A program made the translations under genes and the position numbers. A model generated the notes under the pieces. The model made no database searches. It had not been told where the DNA came from and was given only the letters and a program-made list of their open reading frames with translations. DNA of 64,000 nt from Candidatus Kapaibacterium sp. (GTDB taxonomy: Bacteria > Bacteroidota > Ignavibacteria > OLB7): NCBI GenBank assembly GCA_035549015.1, contig DASZRW010000059.1, forward strand, positions 265-64,264, in the 5' to 3' direction. Position 1 is the first letter of the stretch. Each line of letters begins with the position of its first letter. Below, in pieces: positions 1-10,743 of this stretch.

Positions 1-107
1 ACGAACCGCCGTATGCCGAACGGCACGTACGGTGGTGTGGTAGCCGGGGGAGGGTGACCTCCCCCGGCTACCCGATTCCCGCTTCTCTTCACAGTTGGAA
101 CTCAGCG

Positions 108-2171
108 ATGCAAGCCGACGCCGATCGTACCCCGAACAGATTGATTCACGAGAAGTCACCCTATCTCCAGCAACATGCCTACAACCCTGTTGACTGGTAT
201 CCATGGGGTGAGGAGGCGTTCGAGCGTGCCCGGCGCGAGGAGAAGCCGATCTTTCTCTCGATCGGCTATTCCACCTGCCACTGGTGTCACGTGATGGAGC
301 GGGAATCGTTCGAGGACCCCGGGACGGCGCTGCTGATGAACCAGCTCTTCGTCAACATCAAGGTGGATCGAGAGGAGCGGCCGGATGTTGACCAGGTGTA
401 CATGACCGCGGCGCAGGCACTCAACGGAAACGGCGGCTGGCCTCTGTCGGCATGGTTGACGCCCGATCTGGTTCCGTTCTACGTGGGCACCTACTTTCCT
501 CCACGGCCGGCGTTCGGCCGGCCCGGTTTCAGCGATGCACTCCGCTCGCTCCACGATGCCTGGACCAACGAGCGGGAGAAGGTGGTGCGCACATCGCAGG
601 CAATTCTGCGAGCGGTGGAGAAGGGCTCCGTGATCGCTGCGCCGGCGTCCGAGCCGCTTCCGCTGGATCCGATCGTGGAGAGATGCCTGGAGCAGCTGGA
701 ACGGAGCTACGATCCCCGTCATGGCGGGTTCAGCGGCGCTCCGAAGTTCCCGCGCCCGTCGATCCTGGAGTTCCTGCTCCGGTATCATACCGTGCACGGC
801 AGCAAGCGCGCCTTCACGATGACCCGCGATACCATGCACCGCATGGCCTCCGGAGGAATGTACGATCAGCTTGGCGGGGGCTTCGCCCGATACTCCGTGG
901 ATGCCGAATGGCGCGTCCCCCACTTTGAGAAGATGCTGTACGACCAGGGGCAGCTCGTGGCCGCCTGCGCGGACGCCGTTCGCGTTGAACCGGATCCCTT
1001 TCTCGAAGGAATCATCCGCCAGACAATTGCCTATCTGGGGCGCGACCTGATGAACGCCGACGGACTGTTCTATTCTGCCGAGGATGCGGACAGCGAAGGA
1101 GAGGAGGGAACGTTCTACGTGTGGACGCTTCGGCAGCTTGCGGAGCTTCTCACGGAGAATGAACAGATTGCGATGCAACTGCGGTACGGGCTTACGGCCG
1201 AGGGAAATTTCGAGCACGGTCGCAACGTCCTCCATACGAGCGCGTCCATCCAGCAGGTGGCCGCCCGCATCGGTATTACGGTGCCGGAGGCGGAGGACCT
1301 GCTTGCCGGCGCGCATGCCAGGCTCTTCGAGGCACGAAGCCTGCGTCCGCGGCCCCACCGCGATGAGAAGATCCTCTCCTCGTGGAACGGGCTGATGCTG
1401 TCCGGGCTTGCGCGTGCTGCAATGGCGCTCGACGCGCCGGCATACGCTGCAACCGCACGTACGGCTGCGGATCTGCTTCTCGGCTCCATGGTCGTCGATG
1501 GCCGCCTGATGCACCGGCTGAAGGATGGCGAGGTGAGGATCGACGGCTATCTGGATGACTATGCATTCCTTTCGGCCGGGCTGCTCGATCTCTACGAGGC
1601 CACGTTCGAAGTGCGATATCTCCGCGAGGCCGATCGTCTCGTGCGCCTGGCCGGGACGCTCTTCTGGGATAATGAGTCCGGCGGGTATTTCATGACGAGC
1701 GGCGCCGATCCAAGCGTGCTTGTCCGCTCCAAGAGCGATCACGACGGCGCAGAGCCTTCGGGCAATTCGGTGATGGCGATGAACCTGCTCCGCCTCGGCA
1801 ATCTGTTCCACGATGAGGAGCTTCTCCTGAAGGCGGAGCGGACCATCGCACTCTTCATGGCCCGTATTGCCGAGTATCCGATCATGATGCCCCTGATGGC
1901 TGCCGCTGCGCTGATGCAGGCCCAGCCGCCGCGCCAGATCGTCATCGCCGCGTCCGCCAACCCGGAGGAGACGGCGCACTTGATCCGGCAGGCACGGGCA
2001 CGTTATCGTCCGGGCACGTCTCTGCTTCTGGTGCCGCACGAAGGGCTTGATCCCTGGCTGGCCGGACGCCTGCCGGCGCTGGAGGGGATGGTTCCGCTGG
2101 AAGGCCATGCAGCAGCCTATGTCTGCGAGCGCTTCGTGTGCCAGCGCCCGGTGACCGAACTCGTGGAGTGA
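108..2171 (+). CDS. Thioredoxin-domain protein of the DUF255 / YyaL / N-acylglucosamine-2-epimerase-like family
   Basis: N-terminal thioredoxin-like region with motif [12 protein letters not shown]. The remainder resembles a six-hairpin glycosidase fold. The first ATG after a likely spurious GTG at 54 gives [12 protein letters not shown]..., typical of YyaL N-termini. Confidence 0.8.
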   Translation: MQADADRTPNRLIHEKSPYLQQHAYNPVDWYPWGEEAFERARREEKPIFLSIGYSTCHWCHVMERESFEDPGTALLMNQLFVNIKVDREERPDVDQVYMTAAQALNGNGGWPLSAWLTPDLVPFYVGTYFPPRPAFGRPGFSDALRSLHDAWTNEREKVVRTSQAILRAVEKGSVIAAPASEPLPLDPIVERCLEQLERSYDPRHGGFSGAPKFPRPSILEFLLRYHTVHGSKRAFTMTRDTMHRMASGGMYDQLGGGFARYSVDAEWRVPHFEKMLYDQGQLVAACADAVRVEPDPFLEGIIRQTIAYLGRDLMNADGLFYSAEDADSEGEEGTFYVWTLRQLAELLTENEQIAMQLRYGLTAEGNFEHGRNVLHTSASIQQVAARIGITVPEAEDLLAGAHARLFEARSLRPRPHRDEKILSSWNGLMLSGLARAAMALDAPAYAATARTAADLLLGSMVVDGRLMHRLKDGEVRIDGYLDDYAFLSAGLLDLYEATFEVRYLREADRLVRLAGTLFWDNESGGYFMTSGADPSVLVRSKSDHDGAEPSGNSVMAMNLLRLGNLFHDEELLLKAERTIALFMARIAEYPIMMPLMAAAALMQAQPPRQIVIAASANPEETAHLIRQARARYRPGTSLLLVPHEGLDPWLAGRLPALEGMVPLEGHAAAYVCERFVCQRPVTELVE

Positions 2172-2269
2172 CCGGCGACGGCGAACCCCGATGCGACGTT
2201 CCGCCGATCGATGTGCCGATACCTGGTGGTGTCGATGTCTCGTGGCGACAGTACATATCGTGAACCGAC

Positions 2270-2716
2270 ATGAATAGTGGAACTCTGCTGCTGGCACTGC
2301 TTGCTGCGCTGATGGTTGCGCAGCAGGGTGTGCATCCCGGAAAGAAGAAGGGAGGCCGGGCGGACAGGAAGCCTGTTGCGATGAAGATCGTAGACAGCGC
2401 AGCGCTTCGAACCGGGATTGCCGGTGAGGTGGTGATGCGCCCAACCAGACCTGTGGAGGCGGACGGCGTTATTGCCACGGCTCCGCTTGCGGGAGCCACC
2501 ATTCTTGTTCAGGATGCCGACCACGGTGTGCTGGGGAAGGTGACCAGCGACAGCGCCGGCCGCTTCTACCTTCAACTTCTTCCCGGCACGCATTATCTCT
2601 ATCCGCAGGCGCTCGGCAGGAAGATGTTCCCGCATCCGCTGGACTCGAAGCGCGTGTATGTGAACGAAGGGAAGGCCGTGCACGTTGTGCTCGAGTACGA
2701 TACCGGCATTCGCTGA
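2270..2716 (+). CDS. Small secreted protein with carboxypeptidase-regulatory-like (prealbumin-fold) domain
   Basis: N-terminal hydrophobic signal-like segment LLLALLAALMVAQQ. The segment ATILVQDADHGVLGKVTSDSAGRFYL resembles CarboxypepD_reg beta-sandwich domains. Confidence 0.45.
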   Translation: MNSGTLLLALLAALMVAQQGVHPGKKKGGRADRKPVAMKIVDSAALRTGIAGEVVMRPTRPVEADGVIATAPLAGATILVQDADHGVLGKVTSDSAGRFYLQLLPGTHYLYPQALGRKMFPHPLDSKRVYVNEGKAVHVVLEYDTGIR

Positions 2717-2909
2717 TCTGCTCGAACGGGTCCGCCGGCGGTAGTGGAGTGCTGAACGGATCCGCGGTGTTGGTGCCGGAATCCGGTGCGTCTTAAGTTG
2801 CACGTTCCGACGGGCGCCGACCGACGGGCGCCGAAACCGGCGTGGCCGAAGCCGGCGTGGCCGGTCGGCATGCAAGGATGCGTTTCATACTGGAGAGCAA
2901 CATTCGTCG

Positions 2910-3749
2910 ATGCCTGGTACATCCATGAGTTCCACCGGAGATCCTGCCGCCAGCGGCATACAGGGTGCGGCAGTGGCCGGGGAGGCGCTTCCCGTCAGCG
3001 TCTGCATCGTGGCGTACAACGAGGCGCCGAACATTGCGGAGGCGATCACGCCAGTGATTGGATGGGCCAGTGAGGTTGTGGTGCTCAACTGTGAAAGCAC
3101 GGACGATACCGCGGAGGTTGCGCGCGCGGCCGGGGCGGTTGTGTTCGACGTCCCGAACGTTCTCCCGGAGATCAACAAGAACATCGCCTTCGAGCGTGCC
3201 CGGAGCGAATGGGTGTTCAGCCTGGATGCGGACGAGGTGGTGACCGAGGAGTTGAAGGCGGAGATCGCGCGGACGATTACCGCAAACCCTGTTGAGAATG
3301 GTTTTCGTATGCCGCGCCGTAATCATTATTTTGGGGTCCCGCTCACCTACGGCGGGCAATGGCCGAACCGGCAGTTGAGATTGTTCCGCCGCGGCCGCGG
3401 CCGTTTCCCCGGGATCGGTCCGCATGAGGTAGTGGCGATCGATGGAGCGATCGGCGAGTTGTCATCGCCGATGGATCATCACCCATATCCGACGTTCGAC
3501 GTCTGGCTGCGCAAGTTCGATTTCTACACGCGCCTCGGGGCGGATGTGCTGGCGCAGCGCCAGGTTCCGTTCACGGTACGCTCGATACGCCATCACATGA
3601 TCTGGCGGCCGTTGCGACGCTGGTTGGAACGTCTGTTGCTGCAGCGTGGTCTGCGCGACGGAGTGCCCGGCATCTTTGCCGCCACGGCCGATCTCATCAC
3701 GAACGTCGCCTCGTTCCTCAGGTACTGGATGGCGTCGCGGGGAGGCTGA
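2910..3749 (+). CDS. Family 2 glycosyltransferase (LPS/cell-envelope type)
   Basis: VSVCIVAYNEAPNI ... WVFSLDADEVV matches the GT2 fold with the DxD region. It also resembles lipopolysaccharide core glycosyltransferases. Confidence 0.75.
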   Translation: MPGTSMSSTGDPAASGIQGAAVAGEALPVSVCIVAYNEAPNIAEAITPVIGWASEVVVLNCESTDDTAEVARAAGAVVFDVPNVLPEINKNIAFERARSEWVFSLDADEVVTEELKAEIARTITANPVENGFRMPRRNHYFGVPLTYGGQWPNRQLRLFRRGRGRFPGIGPHEVVAIDGAIGELSSPMDHHPYPTFDVWLRKFDFYTRLGADVLAQRQVPFTVRSIRHHMIWRPLRRWLERLLLQRGLRDGVPGIFAATADLITNVASFLRYWMASRGG

Positions 3750-3972
3750 TCGCCCCCGAAAGTTTTACATTCGCCCCACGGCCGGTTCTGCGGGGCGATA
3801 CACCAACACGTCGCAACGTCCCGGACGGCGGCCCGCCACGGTTGCTCCCGGGGAAGTGCACGTGATCCATTCAGAGTTCCGGCTATTCCGTGCCGCTGGG
3901 GCCTTGGCCCCGGGAGTGCAGCTTCGGGATGCGGGAACTGTAAATCACAACCGCTGAAAAAGAGATAGGGAC

Positions 3973-4317
3973 ATGAATACTCCATCGGAAAAATCGACGT
4001 TGATGTTCGCCACGCTTGTGTCCATGTTCAGCACGCAGGCGATGATGGCCATGGGCAAGCTGGCCAACCCCGCAACCGGAAAGGTGGATCGCAACCTTCA
4101 GGGAGCGCAGTTCATGATAGACATGCTGGAGGTCGTGGACGAGCGCACGCAGGGGAACCTGACAAGCGATGAGGCGCGCATGCTCTCCGCCGCGTTGAGC
4201 GATCTGCGCCTGAATTTCGTGGCCGAGATGCAGCGCGATGCCAATCCGGCATCGCCGGCGGCGGACACGGCGCCTCCCGAGTTGGATGCGGATGGAACGC
4301 CCGACAACGTTGCCTGA
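3973..4317 (+). CDS. DUF1844-family small protein
   Basis: Pattern MFATLVSMFSTQAMMAMGKLANPATGK...DLEGAQFMIDMLEVVDERTQGNLTSDEARML... is typical of DUF1844. Confidence 0.6.
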   Translation: MNTPSEKSTLMFATLVSMFSTQAMMAMGKLANPATGKVDRNLQGAQFMIDMLEVVDERTQGNLTSDEARMLSAALSDLRLNFVAEMQRDANPASPAADTAPPELDADGTPDNVA

Positions 4318-4428
4318 GCGCTCCTCGTACCCGGGCGGTCCCTGTCGAAATCAGACGGCGGCCCGCCCGCAGGGCTCGCGACACTCGGGGACGGAGAAGC
4401 ACCAACCTCTTCACCAGCTGGAGACTGA

Positions 4429-5328
4429 ATGGTCGTAGGTATCATCGGAAATACGTTGAAGCCGGAAACCGAGGCAGGGATTCGCCTGCTTGCATCGATC
4501 CTCGAGAGACGGCGGATGCCGTTCATCCTCGAGGAGTCGCTCCCGGTGACGTTTGGTGGACTGAAGGGTCTAGCAGAAGTAGTCCCGGCCGAAGCCATGC
4601 GAACCCGTGCTTCCGTTGTGGTTGCATTTGGCGGCGATGGAACGATGCTCGGTGCCGGCCGTCTGCTTGCCGGATCCGGAGTGCCGCTTCTCGGTGTCAA
4701 CCTCGGAAAGCTCGGCTTCCTCGCCGAGTATTCCGTGGACGATCTGGATCAGGCGATCGGCGAATTCGTTGAGGGGAGTTGCAGAATCGTGGAACGAGCC
4801 CTTCTGGAGGCAACGTTTCCGGACAATCCCGATCTCGCGCCGCTGCTCGGCCTGAACGACATCGTGATAGACAAGCGGGACGTCTCGTTGATGCTTCGTC
4901 TGGAGACGCGGATCAACGGCGACTATCTGGGCACCTACAACTCGGACGGCCTGATCATTGCCACGCCGACCGGGTCAACCGCCTACGCCCTTGCGGCGGG
5001 AGGTCCGGTGGTGGTGCCGAGTGCACACGTCACGGTGATCGCTCCCATCGCTCCGCACATGCTTACCGCGCGGCCGGTGGTGGTGCCGGACACGGCGTTG
5101 ATCGAGGTGCGGCCCCGTTCGCACCGGCATGAGGAGGACGTTCGCGTCCTTGCCGACGGCCAGAACGCACGCCATCTCCCCATGGGCGCGCGTGTTGCGG
5201 TGACGCGGCATCGCAACGTCGTATGCCTTGTGAAACGATCGGCGACAACATATTTTGATGTCCTCCGCGCAAAGCTGCTCTGGGGAATCGAGCCCACGTT
5301 GAATGCCAAGAAATCAGGCTTCGAATGA
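4429..5328 (+). CDS. nadK: NAD(+) kinase
   Basis: GGDGTML motif and the overall PpnK/NadK fold in a ~299 aa protein. Confidence 0.9.
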   Translation: MVVGIIGNTLKPETEAGIRLLASILERRRMPFILEESLPVTFGGLKGLAEVVPAEAMRTRASVVVAFGGDGTMLGAGRLLAGSGVPLLGVNLGKLGFLAEYSVDDLDQAIGEFVEGSCRIVERALLEATFPDNPDLAPLLGLNDIVIDKRDVSLMLRLETRINGDYLGTYNSDGLIIATPTGSTAYALAAGGPVVVPSAHVTVIAPIAPHMLTARPVVVPDTALIEVRPRSHRHEEDVRVLADGQNARHLPMGARVAVTRHRNVVCLVKRSATTYFDVLRAKLLWGIEPTLNAKKSGFE

Positions 5329-5341
5329 CGAAGCGAAGGAG

Positions 5342-5896
5342 ATGAACAGACAGATGCGTACGCTGCTTACATCCGCGCTGTGCGCGCTTGCCCTTGTGAT
5401 TGCCGGGTGCAACGATTCGCCCACGTCCACAACGGTGACCAAGATCGGTACTTCCTCCATCGAGGAAATTCAGGCCGTGCCTGCCTACAAGGCGTGGTTC
5501 GATATCGGGTACAACGGATATCCGCTTGCCGTCGACTCCAGCGCGTTCGATGCCGCGGTCTCCACGATCAAGGCGGAGTTCAACCCGGATGAGCACATGG
5601 TGGTGATGGTGGTGAAGCCGAACTGCGGCTGCCAGATCACTCAGGTGTGGATGCCGCGTGTTGCAAAGACTCTCGATGCAGCCGGCATTCCGCACGCGAA
5701 CGTTCTGGTGTTCGTCACGGACTCGCGGCTTACCGGCGTCGATACGCTGAACACCCGCTTCAACACCAAGATCACGACGGCTCCTGTCTTCATGATCGTT
5801 CGCAAGAATGCCGTGATGGACAACATCGATCCGGTAACCCTTCCGGCAAACCGTCCTATCGAGCAGGAGATCGCAGCCGGGTTCGGCAAGCAGTGA
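5342..5896 (+). CDS. Putative lipoprotein
   Basis: Start MNRQMRTLL is preceded by an AAGGAG Shine-Dalgarno. The signal peptide ends in lipobox-like IAGC. Confidence 0.55.
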   Translation: MNRQMRTLLTSALCALALVIAGCNDSPTSTTVTKIGTSSIEEIQAVPAYKAWFDIGYNGYPLAVDSSAFDAAVSTIKAEFNPDEHMVVMVVKPNCGCQITQVWMPRVAKTLDAAGIPHANVLVFVTDSRLTGVDTLNTRFNTKITTAPVFMIVRKNAVMDNIDPVTLPANRPIEQEIAAGFGKQ

Positions 5897-6059
5897 TGCC
5901 TGCCGGCGGGTAGTGCACAACGCTCCTGGAATAATGCAACGGGGCCTCCGCAATTGCGGAGGCCCCGTTCCCATGTCTGCCCGGACAGTCGGGTATCGAA
6001 CGAACGATGCCGGCGGTCGCAGCGAACGGCGTGCGCCGGCATCCTTGCGCCGGCGCCCC

Positions 6060-6764
6060 CTACATCACGCGCACCGGTTTCTCCTTGGCCGCCCATGAGG
6101 TAAGGATCGCCTCCGCGCGCTTGAAGTCCTCCGGCACCGTGATCTTGATGTTGTCGAGCGATCCATCCACAACCTGTACCCTGGCTCCGTAGGCCTCGAC
6201 GAGCGAGGCGTCATCCGTTCCCACGATTCCGCGCAGTGCCGCATGCCTGTATGCCGAGGCGAGAAGCTCGCGCCGGAATCCCTGCGGGGTCTGCACGGCC
6301 CGAAGATTGCCGCGTTCGATCGTCTCGGTAACCCTGCCGTCGTCATTGACGCGCTTCACCGTTTCGGTGATCGCCGTCGCAGGGACGGCGGCACCGTATT
6401 CGTTCGCGGCGCGCAATACACGCTCCACCATTGCACGCGGCACACAGGGCCGCGCGGCATCATGTACCAGAACCAGTTCCGGATTGCCTCCGAGATCGCG
6501 CAGCGCGTTGGCGATCGAGTACTGACGCTCCTCGCCTCCCGGGACGAATCGCACGTGGGCGATTCCATCGGCGCACTGCTCTGCGGTCGCGCGCCAGGTT
6601 CTGTCGATCGCAATCACGATCTCCTCGCATTCCTTCATCGTTGCGAACGCACGCAACGTATGTGCCAACACCGGGACCCCGAGCAGCTCCACGTATTGTT
6701 TGGGAATGTGCTGCCCGCTTCGTGTACCGCTGCCTGCCGCCGGTATGATCAACGCAAATTTCAT
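6060..6764 (-). CDS. ispD: 2-C-methyl-D-erythritol 4-phosphate cytidylyltransferase
   Basis: N-terminal IIPAAGSGTRSG nucleotide-binding motif. Length ~234 aa with the IspD family pattern. Confidence 0.9.
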   Translation of the reverse strand: MKFALIIPAAGSGTRSGQHIPKQYVELLGVPVLAHTLRAFATMKECEEIVIAIDRTWRATAEQCADGIAHVRFVPGGEERQYSIANALRDLGGNPELVLVHDAARPCVPRAMVERVLRAANEYGAAVPATAITETVKRVNDDGRVTETIERGNLRAVQTPQGFRRELLASAYRHAALRGIVGTDDASLVEAYGARVQVVDGSLDNIKITVPEDFKRAEAILTSWAAKEKPVRVM

Positions 6765-7114
6765 GGCTGTTCGTTTTGTTGAAATGGACCGCTCAACAAC
6801 GTAGACGTGTGCCAGTTGGAATGATCGAGGGGCAGGGGTGATGTCATCCAGACTGCGTTCCAGGGACGGACATCCTGGAATCGTGTGTGTAAGATCGATC
6901 CGGAACCCTGTACGACGTTGTAAAAAGAAGAAAACATCAGGGTAGTTCCGGCATGCCGCCGGTGCCCGGAGCTACTGAGCGGCCGTGCCGTGTGTGCGGG
7001 CCGTGCAGCAGACGATGTTGTTCATCCGTAGTTCTATCTCAACACATATCGCCCTGCCAACGTTACAGCGCCGTGGGGGTATTCGCCGGGACCTTCATGG
7101 CGAACGGCATATCC

Positions 7115-7621
7115 TCAGGCTCCGGTGCCGCCCGGGGGGCGTCGTATTGCGGATCCGAGACCCAGCTTCCGTGCCAGGCGCGTGCCAAGCACCACGCCTC
7201 CCACGGCCTCGCACAGCACGATGACGGCGGTGAGATCGAGCGCATTGGCGGAGCGATTGAATATCGGCATCCCGATGAGCCAGGCGATCACGAGGCTGAC
7301 CAGGATGGAGACCGCAGAGGCCACTCCTACAAGGAAGAGCCACGAGCCGAGCGGGCGTGCAAGGAATGCCGCGTTCCGGCGGCGCATCGTTACCACCGCG
7401 GTCACCGTGGCCAGCGAGGCCTGGAGCGAGGCCGGGATGGCGACCGCGAAGACCAGGATGAAGATCGAGATGAGGGATTGAATCATTCCCTCGCTTCCTG
7501 AAATCGACGGAATGATTGCCACCACTGCCGCTGCTGCGGTTGCGAGTGCGGAGAGAATGCACGCCCCGGCAACATTGCGGAGGTAATCGAACGGGGAACG
7601 GAACTGTGTCAACTGATTCAT
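7115..7621 (-). CDS. Multi-pass membrane protein of unknown function
   Basis: Four or more hydrophobic helices. The start is set at MNQLTQ; the upstream ORF extension is low-complexity Arg/Ala-rich. Confidence 0.5.
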   Translation of the reverse strand: MNQLTQFRSPFDYLRNVAGACILSALATAAAAVVAIIPSISGSEGMIQSLISIFILVFAVAIPASLQASLATVTAVVTMRRRNAAFLARPLGSWLFLVGVASAVSILVSLVIAWLIGMPIFNRSANALDLTAVIVLCEAVGGVVLGTRLARKLGLGSAIRRPPGGTGA

Positions 7622-7707
7622 CACAGCGAATATAGATGGTCCGGATGAATTCATTCGCTCACTTTCACGCCGTACATTTGCCTGCCGCTTGTAGATTACG
7701 CGCCGTG

Positions 7708-8655
7708 ATGAAGCAGTTCCCCGCAGCACGGGCCGTTGCCCGCACCTGTTTTCCGCCTGCCGCACTCCTGCTGATGGTGCTGGCCGCATTGCCGCGCCCG
7801 CTTGCGGCGCAGGACCTTCCGTCTGCCGCAACGCCGCGCGGACTGGTGTTTGCATTCCTGACGGAGACCGCTTCACATCTCGATTCGGTGAACCGCACCG
7901 CGTTCCGCAACCGTCTGGTTGGGGAGATGGCGCATACCGATCCCAAGAGTTTCAAGGGATTGGTGCCTGCCGGCACGCGGCTCCGGATAGACTCCATCCC
8001 GAACCTCCGGCCCCTGCCGGACGGCACGCGCCGGGCCCTGGCCTATGTCACCGTTGATATCAGCGGCGAGCGCGAGAACTGGTCGGTCTTCTGCCGCGGC
8101 GATTCCATCTGGAGGATCGAGGCGCTGCGCCGTTTTCCCAACCCGATGCAGCGGGCACAGATAAAGCAGTCGCTCAGGACGCTGGACACTACCACCTATG
8201 CCTATCGTACCCTTCGCTCGGAGCTGGCCCATTCGCTCTGTTCCGACGACAGCCTTCGCAGTCTCTTCCGCCGCGGGCGCACCGATGCGTCCCGTCTGGT
8301 TGATCTGCTCCGGCGCGGCAACCATTGGAGCAGCATCGCGCTGAACGAGGTGGACTTCGGGAAGCTGGAGGAATACCGCGAGCTGGATGACGACATCGAG
8401 CCGAGCCAGTTGATCTTCTACACCCTTGACCGGAAGCTTCTGCAGGGGCTGGAACAGCAGCTGGGACCGGTGAGCATCGAACGGGACTCGCGCAATCCGG
8501 ACCTGGTCTATCTGGTGATGGGAACGCTGGAGAAGCAGACGTTCGGCTTTCTGAACGCGCCGGATCCAACGAAGCTTCCCGAGCTCTCACCGGATGGCTT
8601 CATCGTGCTCAAGCCGGTGGACAAGGGGTGGTGGCTGTACAAGCGCATGCGGTAG
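7708..8655 (+). CDS. Secreted hypothetical protein
   Basis: Signal-peptide-like MKQFPAARAVARTCFPPAALLLMVLAALPRPLAAQ. No recognisable catalytic motifs. Confidence 0.5.
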   Translation: MKQFPAARAVARTCFPPAALLLMVLAALPRPLAAQDLPSAATPRGLVFAFLTETASHLDSVNRTAFRNRLVGEMAHTDPKSFKGLVPAGTRLRIDSIPNLRPLPDGTRRALAYVTVDISGERENWSVFCRGDSIWRIEALRRFPNPMQRAQIKQSLRTLDTTTYAYRTLRSELAHSLCSDDSLRSLFRRGRTDASRLVDLLRRGNHWSSIALNEVDFGKLEEYRELDDDIEPSQLIFYTLDRKLLQGLEQQLGPVSIERDSRNPDLVYLVMGTLEKQTFGFLNAPDPTKLPELSPDGFIVLKPVDKGWWLYKRMR

Positions 8656-8873
8656 CGGAGTGCCGGACGGCATCATTCGCATCGGCGGGCGCTTCTGAAA
8701 TCTCCCACTTCGTCGTACTTTTACAGTCCTGCATCCGATTGGTTGGGAGAGTAGGATTTCTCGTGGCGGCGGTGCTATTGTTGTGGCTTTCCCACATCGG
8801 CCCGCGCTCACGCGCGTCTTCGTGCCTGGGCCAATCAGCAACCCGACTTCGTCATTCGTAGCCGAATACATTT

Positions 8874-10604
8874 ATGCCGACAATCACGATCGATGGCAAG
8901 GTGATCGAGTGTGCCTCCGGAAAGATGATCATCGAGGCAGCACTCGAGAATGGCATCGATGTTCCCCACTTCTGCTGGCACCCCGCACTCTCGGTTTCCG
9001 GCAACTGCCGCATGTGCCTGGTGGAGTTGGAGAAGACGCCGAAGCTGGCGATTGCATGCTCCACCGTCGTGGCCGACGGCCAGGTGGTTCACACCAACAA
9101 CGAGCGCGTGGTGAAGGCCCGCGAGGCGATCATGGAGTTCCTCCTGATCAACCATCCGCTCGATTGCCCCATCTGCGACGAGGCCGGGCAGTGCAAGCTG
9201 CAGGACTACGCGTTCGAGCATGGCCGCACGGCCAGCCGCTTCAGCGAGATGAAGGAGCACAAGGACAAGCGCGTGCCGCTCGGTCCGGAGGTGATGTTCG
9301 ACGGCGAGCGCTGCATTTCCTGTTCCCGCTGCATCCGATTCGCCGATGAGATCGGCGAGCAGCCGGTGCTGACATTCGTCAATCGCGGTGACCATGTCAC
9401 CATCGACACCTTCCCCGGCACGCAGCTGGACAATCCCTACGCAATGAATGTAGTGGATATCTGCCCGGTGGGCGCGCTTACCTCGCGCGACTTCCGGTTC
9501 AAGGCGCGCGTGTGGGACATGTCCTTCAACGACAGCATCTGCCCCGGCTGCGCGCGGGGCTGCAACATTCAGGTGGGCGTTCGCAACAACGAGATCCTTC
9601 GTCTGGAGCCGCGCACCAACATGAAGGTGAACGAGTACTGGATGTGCGACCCTGGGCGTCTGGGCGAATTCAGGTATGTGAACGAGAATCGTGTTGCCGT
9701 TCCGATGGTGCGTGAGGCGGAGGGCTTCGCGGAGTCGTCGTGGGATGAGGCATACCAGCGAGTCACCACGAAGCTGCGCGCGTTGAAGCCGGCGGAGATC
9801 GCATTCATCGGTTCCGCCTACGCCACCTGCGAGGAGAACTATGCGCTCGCGAAGTTCGCGCGCGAGGTGGTGGGGACGCCGAACATCGATCTGGTGCCGC
9901 ACAGCGATCCCGCCTTCGCGGACAACCGCCTGCGCGTTGCCGATCGTACGCCGAACACGCGCGGCGCCCGCGAAGTGGGTGTTGCTCCGGACAAGGCCGG
10001 CCTGGCGCTCGACGCCATCATCGCCGGTGTGATTCACGGCCGCATCAAGGCGCTCTACCTCCTGGATCACACACTCCCTGTGAACGATGAGCTGGCGGCC
10101 GCACTGGCGAAGCTCGATCTCCTGGTTGTGCACGCCTGGAACATGACGCCCGCTGCCGACGCGGCGCATGTGATCTTCCCTGCCTCCACGTATGCCGAGA
10201 AGGAGGGAACGTTCGTGAATGTGAACGGGATGGTGCAGCATTTCATCCCCGCGGTGGTCACGCGCGAGAACGAGCGGATCATGGGAATGCGGATGTCGCG
10301 GCTGGACCGGTTCGGTGCGGAGAACGATCGCTGGACTCACGGCCTGCGACGCGACGCACGCCCGGCATGGCAGATCGTGCAGAGCCTGGCGAAGGCGTCC
10401 GGTTTCAACTGGGGCTTCGGATGGAGCGAGGATCTCTTCGAGGAGATGGCGAGAAAGATTGCGCCGTTCCGCTCCATGACCTACGAGATGCTGGATACCT
10501 ATCGCGGCGTCGAGCTCGGCAGGGGCGATCGCCCCACGCCGCACGGCTTCACCTACGTTGCGCACAGCCTCCGTCCGCAGACCCTTGCGGAGCACGAGGT
10601 GTAG
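8874..10604 (+). CDS. nuoG: NADH-quinone oxidoreductase subunit G (75 kDa, short form)
   Basis: N-terminal 2Fe-2S ferredoxin region (CRMCLVE), 4Fe-4S motif (CISCSRCIRF), and a molybdopterin-oxidoreductase-like region. Confidence 0.9.
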   Translation: MPTITIDGKVIECASGKMIIEAALENGIDVPHFCWHPALSVSGNCRMCLVELEKTPKLAIACSTVVADGQVVHTNNERVVKAREAIMEFLLINHPLDCPICDEAGQCKLQDYAFEHGRTASRFSEMKEHKDKRVPLGPEVMFDGERCISCSRCIRFADEIGEQPVLTFVNRGDHVTIDTFPGTQLDNPYAMNVVDICPVGALTSRDFRFKARVWDMSFNDSICPGCARGCNIQVGVRNNEILRLEPRTNMKVNEYWMCDPGRLGEFRYVNENRVAVPMVREAEGFAESSWDEAYQRVTTKLRALKPAEIAFIGSAYATCEENYALAKFAREVVGTPNIDLVPHSDPAFADNRLRVADRTPNTRGAREVGVAPDKAGLALDAIIAGVIHGRIKALYLLDHTLPVNDELAAALAKLDLLVVHAWNMTPAADAAHVIFPASTYAEKEGTFVNVNGMVQHFIPAVVTRENERIMGMRMSRLDRFGAENDRWTHGLRRDARPAWQIVQSLAKASGFNWGFGWSEDLFEEMARKIAPFRSMTYEMLDTYRGVELGRGDRPTPHGFTYVAHSLRPQTLAEHEV

Positions 10605-10743
10605 CAGCCCCGGCACGTTCGGCTCCGGATGCCTCTCTGCATCTCCGGTGCGCCGTTGCCTGCATGCCCTGCGGCGCTGCATGAAGCGCCCTTCCCGATA
10701 GCCATCGGATATCGGGTTCGAAACCTACAACCGACGTTCAACC

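Noticed and set aside
156-2444. 762-aa ORF antisense to the YyaL-like gene. Similar long antisense ORFs are 16686..18026, 28113..29210, 32676..34526, 35655..38816, 43658..45901 and 58271..60436.
   Set aside because: High-GC genomes produce long stop-free antisense frames. These translate to Arg/Ala/Pro-rich low-complexity sequence with no motifs. They fully overlap confidently assigned genes on the other strand.
8874-10604. Whether nuoG might instead be a formate dehydrogenase alpha-like protein.
   Set aside because: The N-terminal 2Fe-2S plus 4Fe-4S ferredoxin arrangement, and the immediate nuoH-nuoI neighbours, fit Complex I subunit G better.
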